Shown here: piece by piece, positions 42,145 to 50,504 of the stretch
How positions within the stretch are numbered: position 1 is the first letter of the stretch
Layout of the letters: the number at the start of each line of letters is the position of its first letter
Source of the DNA: Euryarchaeota archaeon UBA173
GTDB taxonomy: Archaea > Thermoplasmatota > Poseidoniia > Poseidoniales > Thalassarchaeaceae
Assembly (NCBI GenBank): GCA_002498925.1
Contig: DAJH01000030.1
Location: forward strand, 611-51,122
Length of the DNA: 50,512 nt
Reading direction: 5' to 3'
Notes under the pieces: generated by a model
What the model was told of the DNA's origin: nothing
The model's input: the letters and a program-made list of their open reading frames with translations, nothing else
The model's database searches: none
Program-made: the position numbers and the translations under genes

Positions 42145-42708
42145 ATGACTACAACTTACTCGCCTAACTACCTTAACTACATACTCAAAGCGGAGATTAT
42201 GGGATTCCTAGAGGACTATGAGGTGGAGATCGCTGAGAGCTATGACGAGGCGCAGAGCATCTTCATCGATGCGCTGAGGCCCCTCTGGGAGGCCCAGATG
42301 AGGGTCAATGAGGAAGTGGAGGAAAACTACAGCGCAAACGTAGGTACCAGTGCTGTTGTGGCAGCCTCCGATCTCGTGACCAGCGTGATGTCGCTGCTGG
42401 TGCCCGTATTCATGAGGCCGCAGAGGTTCCTTGACGGGCTACCTGAGGAGGCACTGGATCAGATGCCTAACCAGCACGTGAACTACAACCTGTCACAGCT
42501 CACCAACATCCCGATGCCACTCTTGATGCCGACTCAATTCGGTGATGACGGGTCGGTCACTAGTGTCTTTGACATGGTTGTTGAGGGCGAGGATGGTGGG
42601 CCGAAGACCACGGAGTGGGCCGTTCCTGCCATCCTCTCTCTTGCGGAGAGGGGAGTGGAGCTGCCAGAGCAGTTGTGCCTTCTCGTGACCCCGGATGGCT
42701 TGATTTGA
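42145..42708 (+). CDS. hypothetical protein
   Basis: 187-aa ORF with a coding-like composition. I recognised no motifs. ATG 42199 is an alternative start. Confidence 0.45.
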   Translation: MTTTYSPNYLNYILKAEIMGFLEDYEVEIAESYDEAQSIFIDALRPLWEAQMRVNEEVEENYSANVGTSAVVAASDLVTSVMSLLVPVFMRPQRFLDGLPEEALDQMPNQHVNYNLSQLTNIPMPLLMPTQFGDDGSVTSVFDMVVEGEDGGPKTTEWAVPAILSLAERGVELPEQLCLLVTPDGLI

Positions 42709-42726
42709 GTGTTGCGCGTATTTTGA

Positions 42727-43839
42727 TTATCTATATCCAAGGCCGATCGCGTCCAGCTTCTCTGGGAGGTAAGTGTCGGTTACGAAGTCGAGGCCGTACT
42801 TGGCCAGGGACTGCTGCTCCGCCTTCTTGCCCATCTCCTGCATGAGCTTGATCTGATCCTGCCAGTATCCCGAGGAGAACCTGGGGTCGCTGAGCTCCGC
42901 CTCCAGGGCACCGGTATCCTGCTTGGTCAAGTCATCGCTCGGAAGGTCGTAGGCCAGGATGTCATCGGCGGTGATTCCGAGGTAGGTCGCCTCCTTCGTA
43001 GCCAGATACTCCGATATGTGGGCAGTCTTGATCGCACCGTAGGCTATGCTCGCGAATATCCTGAACGACCATGGGTCGCAGTCGGCGAACACCACTATCG
43101 GTTTCTTCCACTCGTCGCTAATCCTCCTCATGATTCTCCTGGTCGACCTCGCTGGCTGACCCTTCAAGTGGACCAAGGCGCATCTGGCCTCTTCATCGAA
43201 GCCGTTCTCGATCAGTCGGTCGAACATTCCACCGGTCTCTATCGCCATGACGAAGTCTATGTCCTCGTCGACGAGCCTCAGCTTCTCGCTCTCGACGTTG
43301 TAGGGAACCCCATACCCGGAGTCGCCGACGTCGTCCCTGCAGTTTATCCTCATCCAGTCTCCTCGTCTGTTGCGCTCCTCGACGGTGATGTTGCCGATTA
43401 TCCTTGCACCATCCTCCTCCGGCCTCAGCTTGAAGTCCTCCCTGAGGCACTTGGTTACTATCTCGAGGTCCTCGGCCAGGTTGTTGCTCTCGTTCTGGGT
43501 GCCGAACTTGCCGTGTCCCCATGCCTCGGAGATGTAGTACATCTCCCTGAGGGTAGACGATTTGCCATTGTCTATCATCTCCTCGATGAACTCTGTTATG
43601 TGCAGGGTCCGGAGAAGTTGCCTTGCTGATCCCAGGCTGGTTGCGTCCCTAACGGTCTTCTTCTTTCCGTACTTGAACACCCCTAGCCTGTTGTCGAACG
43701 AGATGTTGCTCTTTGACCTGACTGGCAGGGTCATTCTGGGAGGGTCCCCCCTCTGCATCTTGTTGTGCATCTCCGCCGCTACGTCATGAAGGGCCTCTAC
43801 CACTTGCTCCTTGCTCCTCCTGGGTGCTGCGTCGCTCAT
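42727..43839 (-). CDS. top6A: DNA topoisomerase VI subunit A (Spo11 family)
   Basis: Contains SSTLREMYYISE (catalytic Tyr region) and the Toprim motifs FVMAIETGGMFDRL and VVFADCDPWSFRI. There is a 4-nt overlap with top6B. Confidence 0.92.
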   Translation of the reverse strand: MSDAAPRRSKEQVVEALHDVAAEMHNKMQRGDPPRMTLPVRSKSNISFDNRLGVFKYGKKKTVRDATSLGSARQLLRTLHITEFIEEMIDNGKSSTLREMYYISEAWGHGKFGTQNESNNLAEDLEIVTKCLREDFKLRPEEDGARIIGNITVEERNRRGDWMRINCRDDVGDSGYGVPYNVESEKLRLVDEDIDFVMAIETGGMFDRLIENGFDEEARCALVHLKGQPARSTRRIMRRISDEWKKPIVVFADCDPWSFRIFASIAYGAIKTAHISEYLATKEATYLGITADDILAYDLPSDDLTKQDTGALEAELSDPRFSSGYWQDQIKLMQEMGKKAEQQSLAKYGLDFVTDTYLPEKLDAIGLGYR

Positions 43840-45941
43840 TGGTCATCACCCTCCATGCCGAATCTCCATTCCCCGGTCGATGGGGGCGCTTCCTCTAGCA
43901 GAACCTCTGCCTGCTCCACATGGTCGGAGGGGGCTGGGGGTTGTTCCGCTCTTATCGCTAGGGTCTCTATCATGGCATCGTTCTCCTTCTTGCGAACCTC
44001 TTCCATGGCGGCCTCGAGGGCTTCCGTCTTGCGCTGTTCTTCGAGGAGGTTCTCGTCCATCTTGGTGGCCCCGATTATCTCTCCATTCCCTCTGAAGAAT
44101 ATATCTGTCTCATTCCATTCTCCCTTGCTTAGCCCTGAGATTCCGAATTCTAGCACTGTGGATGTCCCTGGGTCGAGGGTGTCAAGCCTCCATGCCCAGA
44201 GTCCTTTCGTCTCCTTCCTCCCCCCTGTGGGGTTGTGAGACATGGCAGTGTCTGGGCCCTCTGGCCACTTTGCCAGTATGGTGTAGGCACGTGCCCTCGC
44301 CGTGTAGTTGTGTACGGTGATGGAGCACATGGAGAGCTTGTCCTCCTTGTTCCATGACAGTTCCTCCTCGAGGAAGACCGCGTTCATGATCTGGGTGATT
44401 ACAGGTGCCAGGTCCGGCTCCTCCCTGTCTAGGAGCTCTGAGGACTTCCTGGATATCTCGGGGAGTATGATATTAACGAGTTCGAACTTCTCTTTCGCCT
44501 TCTTTCGCTGGGAGCTCTTCTTGAGGTGGTTCTTGAGACCCCTGCCTACTTCGAGCATCGCCTTGCGTATCTCGTCGAAGACCGTCTCGTCGAATGAGAC
44601 TGCCTCTTTGGCCTCGCTAGTGAACTGCACGTTGGTCGATGCGAGGTGTATGAGTACCGCAGCCGGTCCCTTCGGTATGCCAGTCCCTCCGGGCTGATCC
44701 AGGCCGTACCTCTTCCAGTCTACCGACTCCAGAGCCTTCGTCAGCAGGCATCCTCCCTGTTGGTACATGAGGGGGACCCTGTTGGCGAACCTCAGTATCT
44801 CTATCGGGCCGTCTGCTGCGATATCCCCGCCGAAGACGAGGCCTACCTCGATCTGGAAGGGGTTGCCTTGGCTAACTGAAGGACTTCTGGTTACGGTAGA
44901 AGCGAAGCGCGAGTCTATCGCCTTGGATAGCCCCTTCTTGATCAGTAGGTCCTCTATCGGGGACAGGCAGTCCATCGGGGGTTTGAGGAGCTTCACGGTC
45001 TGGAAGGCCGAGACTACCGCCTGTGCCTCCTCTGCCTTGATCCTCTTCGGGGTCCTGGTTTCCTCGATCTCCGCTACTTCGAGAATCTGCTTCGCGGCCC
45101 TCCTCGTGACGCCAGAGAAATTGTTGTTGAGGAATGACGTCATCCTTCTGTCCTGTGCCTCCCTCATCATCCTCTGTAGCGTACCGAGATGGATTCCGTG
45201 CGGGTGGGGCTTGATCTCCTCGACCACTCTTGGGAGCTTGTCCGTGGTCCTTAGCCACTGCCCCTCCTCCACGATTTCGCCTTCCTTGTCCCTGACCACT
45301 AGGGTGATCGAGGCGTGGGGGTTGACGATCGACGTCATCCTGAGGTATTGGTAGACGGATTTCTTTCCTCTCTGATACTTGGCCTTCATCAGGGTCCTAA
45401 TTCTCAGACCGTGGGATACCTCCTCTCCGGTCTTATCATCCACCCATACGTCTCTTTTCTCTCCGGACTTGATCGCCTTGTTCTTTTTGGTATCGATCCC
45501 TAAATCGACGTACACTGCCGATGAGTCGCTCTTTATCTTGGATACCACGCGTGTCTTGGATCCAGTTGTCAACTGGCTGTACATCACCACGCCAGTGATT
45601 CCTATCCCCTGCTGCCCCCTTGTCTGTCGGATGGCATGGAACCTAGAGCCGAGGAGGAATTTGCCAAACACGTTCTCAATCGCGTCTCTGGGAATTCCGG
45701 GGCCGTTGTCCTGGGCTGTCATTTGTAGCTCGTCGCTCTTGGTTCGTTGTAGTTCAACTCTGATGTCTGGGAGTATTCTTGCCTCTTCACATGCATCTAA
45801 TGAATTGTCTACAGACTCCTTTACAGCCGTTATAACAGCCCTTTGGAGGGTGTCGAATCCAAGGAAGTGTTTGTTCTTCTCGAAGAACTCGCTAACCGAT
45901 ATCTGCTTTTGTTTGCTTGAAATTTCTTCTGCTTCACCCAT
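43836..45941 (-). CDS. top6B: DNA topoisomerase VI subunit B (GHKL ATPase) with acidic C-terminal extension
   Basis: ORF to GTG 45950; ATG 45941 is preceded by GGGGTGAT. Bergerat-fold motifs: VKESVDNSLDA, DNGPGIP and RGQQGIGITG. The transducer region follows. The last ~90 aa are charged and low-complexity. Confidence 0.92.
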   Translation of the reverse strand: MGEAEEISSKQKQISVSEFFEKNKHFLGFDTLQRAVITAVKESVDNSLDACEEARILPDIRVELQRTKSDELQMTAQDNGPGIPRDAIENVFGKFLLGSRFHAIRQTRGQQGIGITGVVMYSQLTTGSKTRVVSKIKSDSSAVYVDLGIDTKKNKAIKSGEKRDVWVDDKTGEEVSHGLRIRTLMKAKYQRGKKSVYQYLRMTSIVNPHASITLVVRDKEGEIVEEGQWLRTTDKLPRVVEEIKPHPHGIHLGTLQRMMREAQDRRMTSFLNNNFSGVTRRAAKQILEVAEIEETRTPKRIKAEEAQAVVSAFQTVKLLKPPMDCLSPIEDLLIKKGLSKAIDSRFASTVTRSPSVSQGNPFQIEVGLVFGGDIAADGPIEILRFANRVPLMYQQGGCLLTKALESVDWKRYGLDQPGGTGIPKGPAAVLIHLASTNVQFTSEAKEAVSFDETVFDEIRKAMLEVGRGLKNHLKKSSQRKKAKEKFELVNIILPEISRKSSELLDREEPDLAPVITQIMNAVFLEEELSWNKEDKLSMCSITVHNYTARARAYTILAKWPEGPDTAMSHNPTGGRKETKGLWAWRLDTLDPGTSTVLEFGISGLSKGEWNETDIFFRGNGEIIGATKMDENLLEEQRKTEALEAAMEEVRKKENDAMIETLAIRAEQPPAPSDHVEQAEVLLEEAPPSTGEWRFGMEGDDQ

Positions 45942-45951
45942 GCGAATCACC

Positions 45952-45979
45952 CCATCAGGTCCTCCCGATACCCTGATGG
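45952..45979. promoter_or_regulatory. inverted repeat CCATCAGG-n12-CCTGATGG upstream of top6B
   Basis: Perfect 8-bp arms, overlapping the top6B Shine-Dalgarno region. It also lies downstream of the aconitase-family gene stop. Confidence 0.4.
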
Positions 45980-46014
45980 TACGGGGCCTGCTTATGGTTG
46001 CCCAATCGCGTTCG

Positions 46015-46044
46015 CTGATACCTATTGAATACCGCTGGTATCAG
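46015..46044. promoter_or_regulatory. inverted repeat CTGATACC-n14-GGTATCAG
   Basis: Perfect 8-bp arms with the same (C/T)ATCAG core as the neighbouring repeat. It lies 22 nt downstream of the aconitase-family stop on the minus strand, so it is either a terminator hairpin or an operator. Confidence 0.35.
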
Positions 46045-46065
46045 GATGGTGTAGGCGTTGAATTC

Positions 46066-48066
46066 TCACTCTGCGAATACATCCGGACTCCATGCGGTTA
46101 TCTTTCCAGTGAATGCGCTAGTCATGACTGTCAGGGGGCTGGCTAGGTAGAGCCGGCCGGGCCCTGACCTGCCCTGGAAATTCCTGTTGATTGCAGAAAC
46201 CGTGACTTGTTCCGAATTGTCGGATATTCCCGGCCCTGCGCCTATGCAGGCACCACAACCAGGATCGATTAGCTTGACTCCGGCTTCCTCGAAGAGTTCG
46301 GTCCACCCCATTCTGGCTGAGAGCTCCTTGACGCTCTTCGAGCCGAACTGTATGTAGCACTCAACGTCATCATGCACCTTCATTCCGGCCCCGAGTGCCG
46401 CTTCTGTTACCTTCGCGTAGTAGGCGAAATCATCGTCCTTACCTGCAGTGCAGGACCCTGCGTATGCGATATCGATTGTTATGTCTCCGAGTTCGTCGAT
46501 GTAGGCGCCGTTAGTTGGGTCCGATGGTATGCCCCTGTCAGGATCTCCGGGGTGAGCAACCATGGGGCGTATTTCGTCCAAATTTATTGTGTGGACTCCT
46601 CCGTGGTATGTCGCTCCTTCGTCTGGACTTACGAAGGCAGCCCTGATGGCCTCCTCAGTCAAATCTGTCCTCCTCTCCAATAGCCACTCCACGGTCAGGT
46701 CGTCGGCCTCGCAGATTCCTGTCTTCGCACTGCATTCCGTGGCCATGTTGCAGAGGGTGGCCCTCTCGTCCATCGACAGGGAGGAAAGGCCGGGACCCCC
46801 GAACTCCATGGATCGATCCAGGGTATCTGAATTCTTGGCATACTTATCCAGTATGTGGAGAATCACGTCCTTGGCCGTGCAACCAGGGTCTAGATTCCCT
46901 GTTAGCTCGAACCTTATGCTCTCGGGGACCTTTACGAAAGAAAACTGATTGTGAACGAGGTTGGCGTACTCGCTAGAGCCGACACCATAGGTCAGTGCGT
47001 TTGAGGCGCCCCCCATGCATGTGTGGCTGTCTGTGGCCTGTATGAAGTCGCCAACATCAATGAATTCCTCCCGGGCTACCTGATGACATATTCCAGGGCT
47101 GACTCCATCCTCGGCTGAGTAGTCCCTTACGCCCGTGTGCCTCTGGAATACCCTCTGCATTTCCCTCAGGGTCTCTATCTTCGGAACAAAGGGGCCGTAT
47201 CGGGGAACGTCGGTCGCGTATAGGAGATGGTCTTCGAATACCGCGAATTTGGATGGGTTTGAGATATTGTAGTCATCACCATACTCATCCGAGAGGAATG
47301 CGTGTACTTGCGCGGTGGTGTATTCATGGGAGTATCCGCCGTCTACCGTAGCTAGTACGGCGTCCCCGGGTGCGACGCTAGATCCATTTGGCCCGCCCCC
47401 GATTAGCTTGCTTGAGATTATTTTCTCGGCCATTGTCATAGGACGGCCCGCGGGGCTGACTCTAGGTAGCGTTACTCTTCCCTCCTTCAACTCCCTGGCA
47501 AAGGACAGGAGTCCCCCGTTCTCCAGTATCAGCCTAGTTACGGGGTCGTACCTGCCAGTGAATTCCTCGAGAGGGATGCTCTCTCCGTCCTGCAATCGTT
47601 CCAATACCGAATGGTCGCCCATTAGCTGTCCGAGATTGATATTATTCCTCTCGTGTATGGGGGCAAAGGAGGCCGCAATCACTATTCTGATTCCTGACCA
47701 TCTCTCACACTGGGCGGCAGTTTCGCGACTGCTTCCTGTTCCCTTTCGATGTCCGCTTACTATGACTTCGAAGCCGGCCCCAGTAAGAGCGCCCTCGTCG
47801 ACGACTCTCCTTCCCTCGTGCATGAGTCCTGCGTAAGCATTCTCTGCAATGGCCGCTGGATCGTGATCGAAGCATACCCAAGCTGGGGTCATAACGTCGG
47901 TGTTTATGTCGTCAAGCAGATCTTCCACAGAGAGGTCTTCCATCCTCAGATCGAGGCCTTCGTAGAGTTGCTTTCTCACTAAATCCAGATCCTTGGTAAG
48001 GAATAGTACCCGTTTGCCGGGAGTCAGTGTTATCTCCTGCGGTGGCCAAGTATCGACTCCCAACAC
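46066..48066 (-). CDS. aconitase-superfamily hydro-lyase, single chain with swivel (LeuD-like) domain N-terminal to the catalytic (LeuC-like) domains
   Basis: The N-terminal ~200 aa contain INTDVMTPAW and GHRKGTGSSRETAAQCERWSGIRIVIAASFAPIHERNNINLG (small-subunit signature). The catalytic part contains ATDSHTCMGG, AYAGSCTAGKDDD, CGACIGAGPG and AINRNFQGRSGPG. GTG 48066 is preceded by AAGGAGGGAG. Confidence 0.85.
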   Translation of the reverse strand: MLGVDTWPPQEITLTPGKRVLFLTKDLDLVRKQLYEGLDLRMEDLSVEDLLDDINTDVMTPAWVCFDHDPAAIAENAYAGLMHEGRRVVDEGALTGAGFEVIVSGHRKGTGSSRETAAQCERWSGIRIVIAASFAPIHERNNINLGQLMGDHSVLERLQDGESIPLEEFTGRYDPVTRLILENGGLLSFARELKEGRVTLPRVSPAGRPMTMAEKIISSKLIGGGPNGSSVAPGDAVLATVDGGYSHEYTTAQVHAFLSDEYGDDYNISNPSKFAVFEDHLLYATDVPRYGPFVPKIETLREMQRVFQRHTGVRDYSAEDGVSPGICHQVAREEFIDVGDFIQATDSHTCMGGASNALTYGVGSSEYANLVHNQFSFVKVPESIRFELTGNLDPGCTAKDVILHILDKYAKNSDTLDRSMEFGGPGLSSLSMDERATLCNMATECSAKTGICEADDLTVEWLLERRTDLTEEAIRAAFVSPDEGATYHGGVHTINLDEIRPMVAHPGDPDRGIPSDPTNGAYIDELGDITIDIAYAGSCTAGKDDDFAYYAKVTEAALGAGMKVHDDVECYIQFGSKSVKELSARMGWTELFEEAGVKLIDPGCGACIGAGPGISDNSEQVTVSAINRNFQGRSGPGRLYLASPLTVMTSAFTGKITAWSPDVFAE

Positions 48067-48108
48067 ACTCCCTCCTTGAACTGTCCAAGAGTCAATTCTA
48101 TTTCACGG

Positions 48109-48126
48109 TTCTCAACGATTTGAGAA
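48109..48126. promoter_or_regulatory. perfect 7-bp palindrome TTCTCAA-cgat-TTGAGAA between the divergent aconitase-family gene and tfb
   Basis: Read directly from the sequence. Related half-site-like copies CGATTGAG TTGAG TTGAT follow at 48150..48167. Confidence 0.35.
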
Positions 48127-48179
48127 TTATCCACTTTAGACTGGTGCTACGATTGAGTTGAGTTGATTATATTGTTAAC

Positions 48180-48187
48180 TTTAAATA
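48180..48187 (+). promoter_or_regulatory. TATA-box candidate (TTTAAATA) upstream of tfb
   Basis: This is the best archaeal TATA match in the intergenic region. The predicted TSS is near 48210, giving a short leader that contains the GGAGG. A second TTTATA at 48205-48210 would give a nearly leaderless mRNA starting at ATG 48237. Confidence 0.45.
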
Positions 48188-48236
48188 AGATGCGCTTTCG
48201 GAAGTTTATACCTTTCCCATGAAAGGAGGCGTAGAT

Positions 48237-49163
48237 ATGGCGGATTATCTAGTAGAGGACACAGTGAAATGCAACGAATGCGGAAGCAGGAATCTCCTGC
48301 GAGACGAGACCCGAGGAGAGGTCTGCTGCGAGGACTGCGGAGTGGTCCTCGAAGACAAGGTGATAGATCAGGGAGCCGAGTGGAGGGTTTTCAGCCCAGA
48401 GCAAGGTGATCAGAGAGCCCGTACAGGGGCCCCGATGACCGTGATGCTTCACGACAAGGGTCTTTCCACAGACATTGACTGGCAAAACAAGGACTACTCA
48501 GGGAAGTCCATCTCGAGCAGGTACAGAAGTCAATTCTACCGAATGAGGAAGTGGCAGAAGAGATCGAGGGTCAGCAACGCTACCGAGAGAAATCTGGCTA
48601 TGGCATTAGCGGAGCTAGACAGAATGGCGAGCAGGTTGGACCTGCCCAAGTCAATCAGAGAGGCCGCGGCTGTGAATTACAAGAAGGCGGTAGAAGCACG
48701 ACTGATTAGGGGTCGTTCCATCGAAGGCGTCGCTGCAGCGAGCCTTTACGCCGCATGCAGGCAATGCAAGAATCCACGAACACTCGACGAGATAGGCGAG
48801 GCTAGCAGGACTGGAAGGAAAGAGATCGGTAGGACCTACCGATTCATGGTGAGGGAGCTCAAGATGAAGATACCTCCAACCAAGCCAGAGGACTACATCC
48901 CTAGGTTCTGCTCCGGGCTTGATCTGGATGCTGAGGTACAGGCCAAGGCATACGAGCTGATACAGGCCGCTCAGGAGAAGGAGCTGACTAGCGGTCGGGG
49001 CCCGACTGGAATCGCAGCCTCAATCATCTACATCGCCAGCGTACTTTGCGGCAAGAGAAGGACACAGCGAGAGGTGGCCGAGGTAGCGGGAGTTACCGAG
49101 GTAACAATCAGGAACCGGTACAAGGAGCTTATCCAGAACCTGAACATCGAACTAGAAATATGA
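48237..49163 (+). CDS. tfb: transcription initiation factor IIB (TFB)
   Basis: Zn ribbon [28 protein letters not shown]-finger/linker GAEWRVF. Two cyclin folds ([31 protein letters not shown]) and C-terminal HTH ([20 protein letters not shown]). GGAGG at 48225-48229 lies 7 nt before ATG 48237. The ORF-track start at 48219 is an alternative. Confidence 0.92.
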   Translation: MADYLVEDTVKCNECGSRNLLRDETRGEVCCEDCGVVLEDKVIDQGAEWRVFSPEQGDQRARTGAPMTVMLHDKGLSTDIDWQNKDYSGKSISSRYRSQFYRMRKWQKRSRVSNATERNLAMALAELDRMASRLDLPKSIREAAAVNYKKAVEARLIRGRSIEGVAAASLYAACRQCKNPRTLDEIGEASRTGRKEIGRTYRFMVRELKMKIPPTKPEDYIPRFCSGLDLDAEVQAKAYELIQAAQEKELTSGRGPTGIAASIIYIASVLCGKRRTQREVAEVAGVTEVTIRNRYKELIQNLNIELEI

Positions 49164-49172
49164 GTCGATTAC

Positions 49173-50504
49173 ATGTCTCGTAGGGAGGCCTCTGCTCTCG
49201 TTTGGGAGCGTGGAGAGGAGCTGCTGAAGGAATACGTCGAGCGTTCATTCTCTATTGCCCCCCTCCCTAATCCTCCTCTTGAGCTCCCTGACTTCCCAGC
49301 TATCCAGCCAACCGAGTCAGATTCCCTAGTTCAACAGGCTTCCGGGCTATATGCTGTAGATCGGGCCGGGTTCAACCAACGGCTGTCTTCGATAGTCGAG
49401 GAGGAGGAGCCGGATTTCGTGAAGAGGAACATAGATCCGGATTCGACAAGGGAGAAGTGGATGTCCGAGAACGTCGATGGGCTTTCCGAGAGAGTGCTGT
49501 CGAAGATGGCCTGGGACTGGATGTGCTCTGCCTTGGACGAGGATTCCCCGGATACTGACAGGTGGTATCTGGCAGTATCCCTGTTAATCGGTTCCTCTCT
49601 GAGTGGCTCAGACATAGCCAGGAGGGGCGGTTTTCATCTGCTGACCTCGATAGCGATGGCAAAGCCTCCCGGCTCCTGGTCATCGGAAATAACAGGGGCC
49701 CACCAGATGGCATGGAGCCCCGATGGCGCGGCGCGGCATGATGGTGCCCCGCATCCCTCTGGCGTACTGGCGGCATCGGCCATCCTAGACACCATGGCAA
49801 TGGGAGAGTCGTCCCAAACCAAGATCCTGCCACATTGGCTGGAGGGGCTCACTGTCAATCGTCGATTGTGTGGGCTTCTGGACGTCCCGAACAGGTTGAT
49901 GAGCAGCCTAGAGAGGGGTTCTGGTAAGCACACGGGGGTTCTTGTGAGGGGGGCCATCCAGTTAATGACGGGGTGGCCTGGTGAATCCAGGGACATTCTA
50001 CTTGCGGCTTCCCAGCACTCCGATCGGGATGCTCGAAGGGAGCTTTCTTCGTCGTTGCAGAGGATTTCCTCAGAGGACGGAGGCTTCGCCATACAATTGA
50101 TGGATGTACTTCTGGAAGATAGTGACTCTGACGTGAGGACTCTAGCCACCACATACCTGTCTTCTTTGGTCAGAACCGATATGCCTCTGTTCGTAGAGAA
50201 GGCATCCATCGTACTTGGCAGAGGGGATCAGCGAATGACACAGCGAATCGTGGACTCCGCCATGAGAGAGTACCTATCAATGGATTCGGATGACAAGTCT
50301 GGATTGCTGCCGATGGCATGGATGTCATCGAATGAAGGTTCCAAATCCAGGTTGGCTGGCCTGATGATACAGCAGGCGGGGGTATCCAAAGAAGGATTCA
50401 GAAATGCCTCTGAGAGAATCAGAGAGCTTAGCAGCGAAGCATATGACGATCTCGAGGATAGAATCTTGAGGAGAGGTCCGTCAATCTCTGAACTTCTGGA
50501 GTGA
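49173..50504 (+). CDS. hypothetical protein with HEAT/ARM-like repeats
   Basis: Starts 9 nt after the tfb stop. Repeats of the type SQHSDRDARRELSSSLQRI and LLEDSDSDVRTLATTYLSSLV resemble HEAT units. I recognised no specific family. Confidence 0.5.
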   Translation: MSRREASALVWERGEELLKEYVERSFSIAPLPNPPLELPDFPAIQPTESDSLVQQASGLYAVDRAGFNQRLSSIVEEEEPDFVKRNIDPDSTREKWMSENVDGLSERVLSKMAWDWMCSALDEDSPDTDRWYLAVSLLIGSSLSGSDIARRGGFHLLTSIAMAKPPGSWSSEITGAHQMAWSPDGAARHDGAPHPSGVLAASAILDTMAMGESSQTKILPHWLEGLTVNRRLCGLLDVPNRLMSSLERGSGKHTGVLVRGAIQLMTGWPGESRDILLAASQHSDRDARRELSSSLQRISSEDGGFAIQLMDVLLEDSDSDVRTLATTYLSSLVRTDMPLFVEKASIVLGRGDQRMTQRIVDSAMREYLSMDSDDKSGLLPMAWMSSNEGSKSRLAGLMIQQAGVSKEGFRNASERIRELSSEAYDDLEDRILRRGPSISELLE

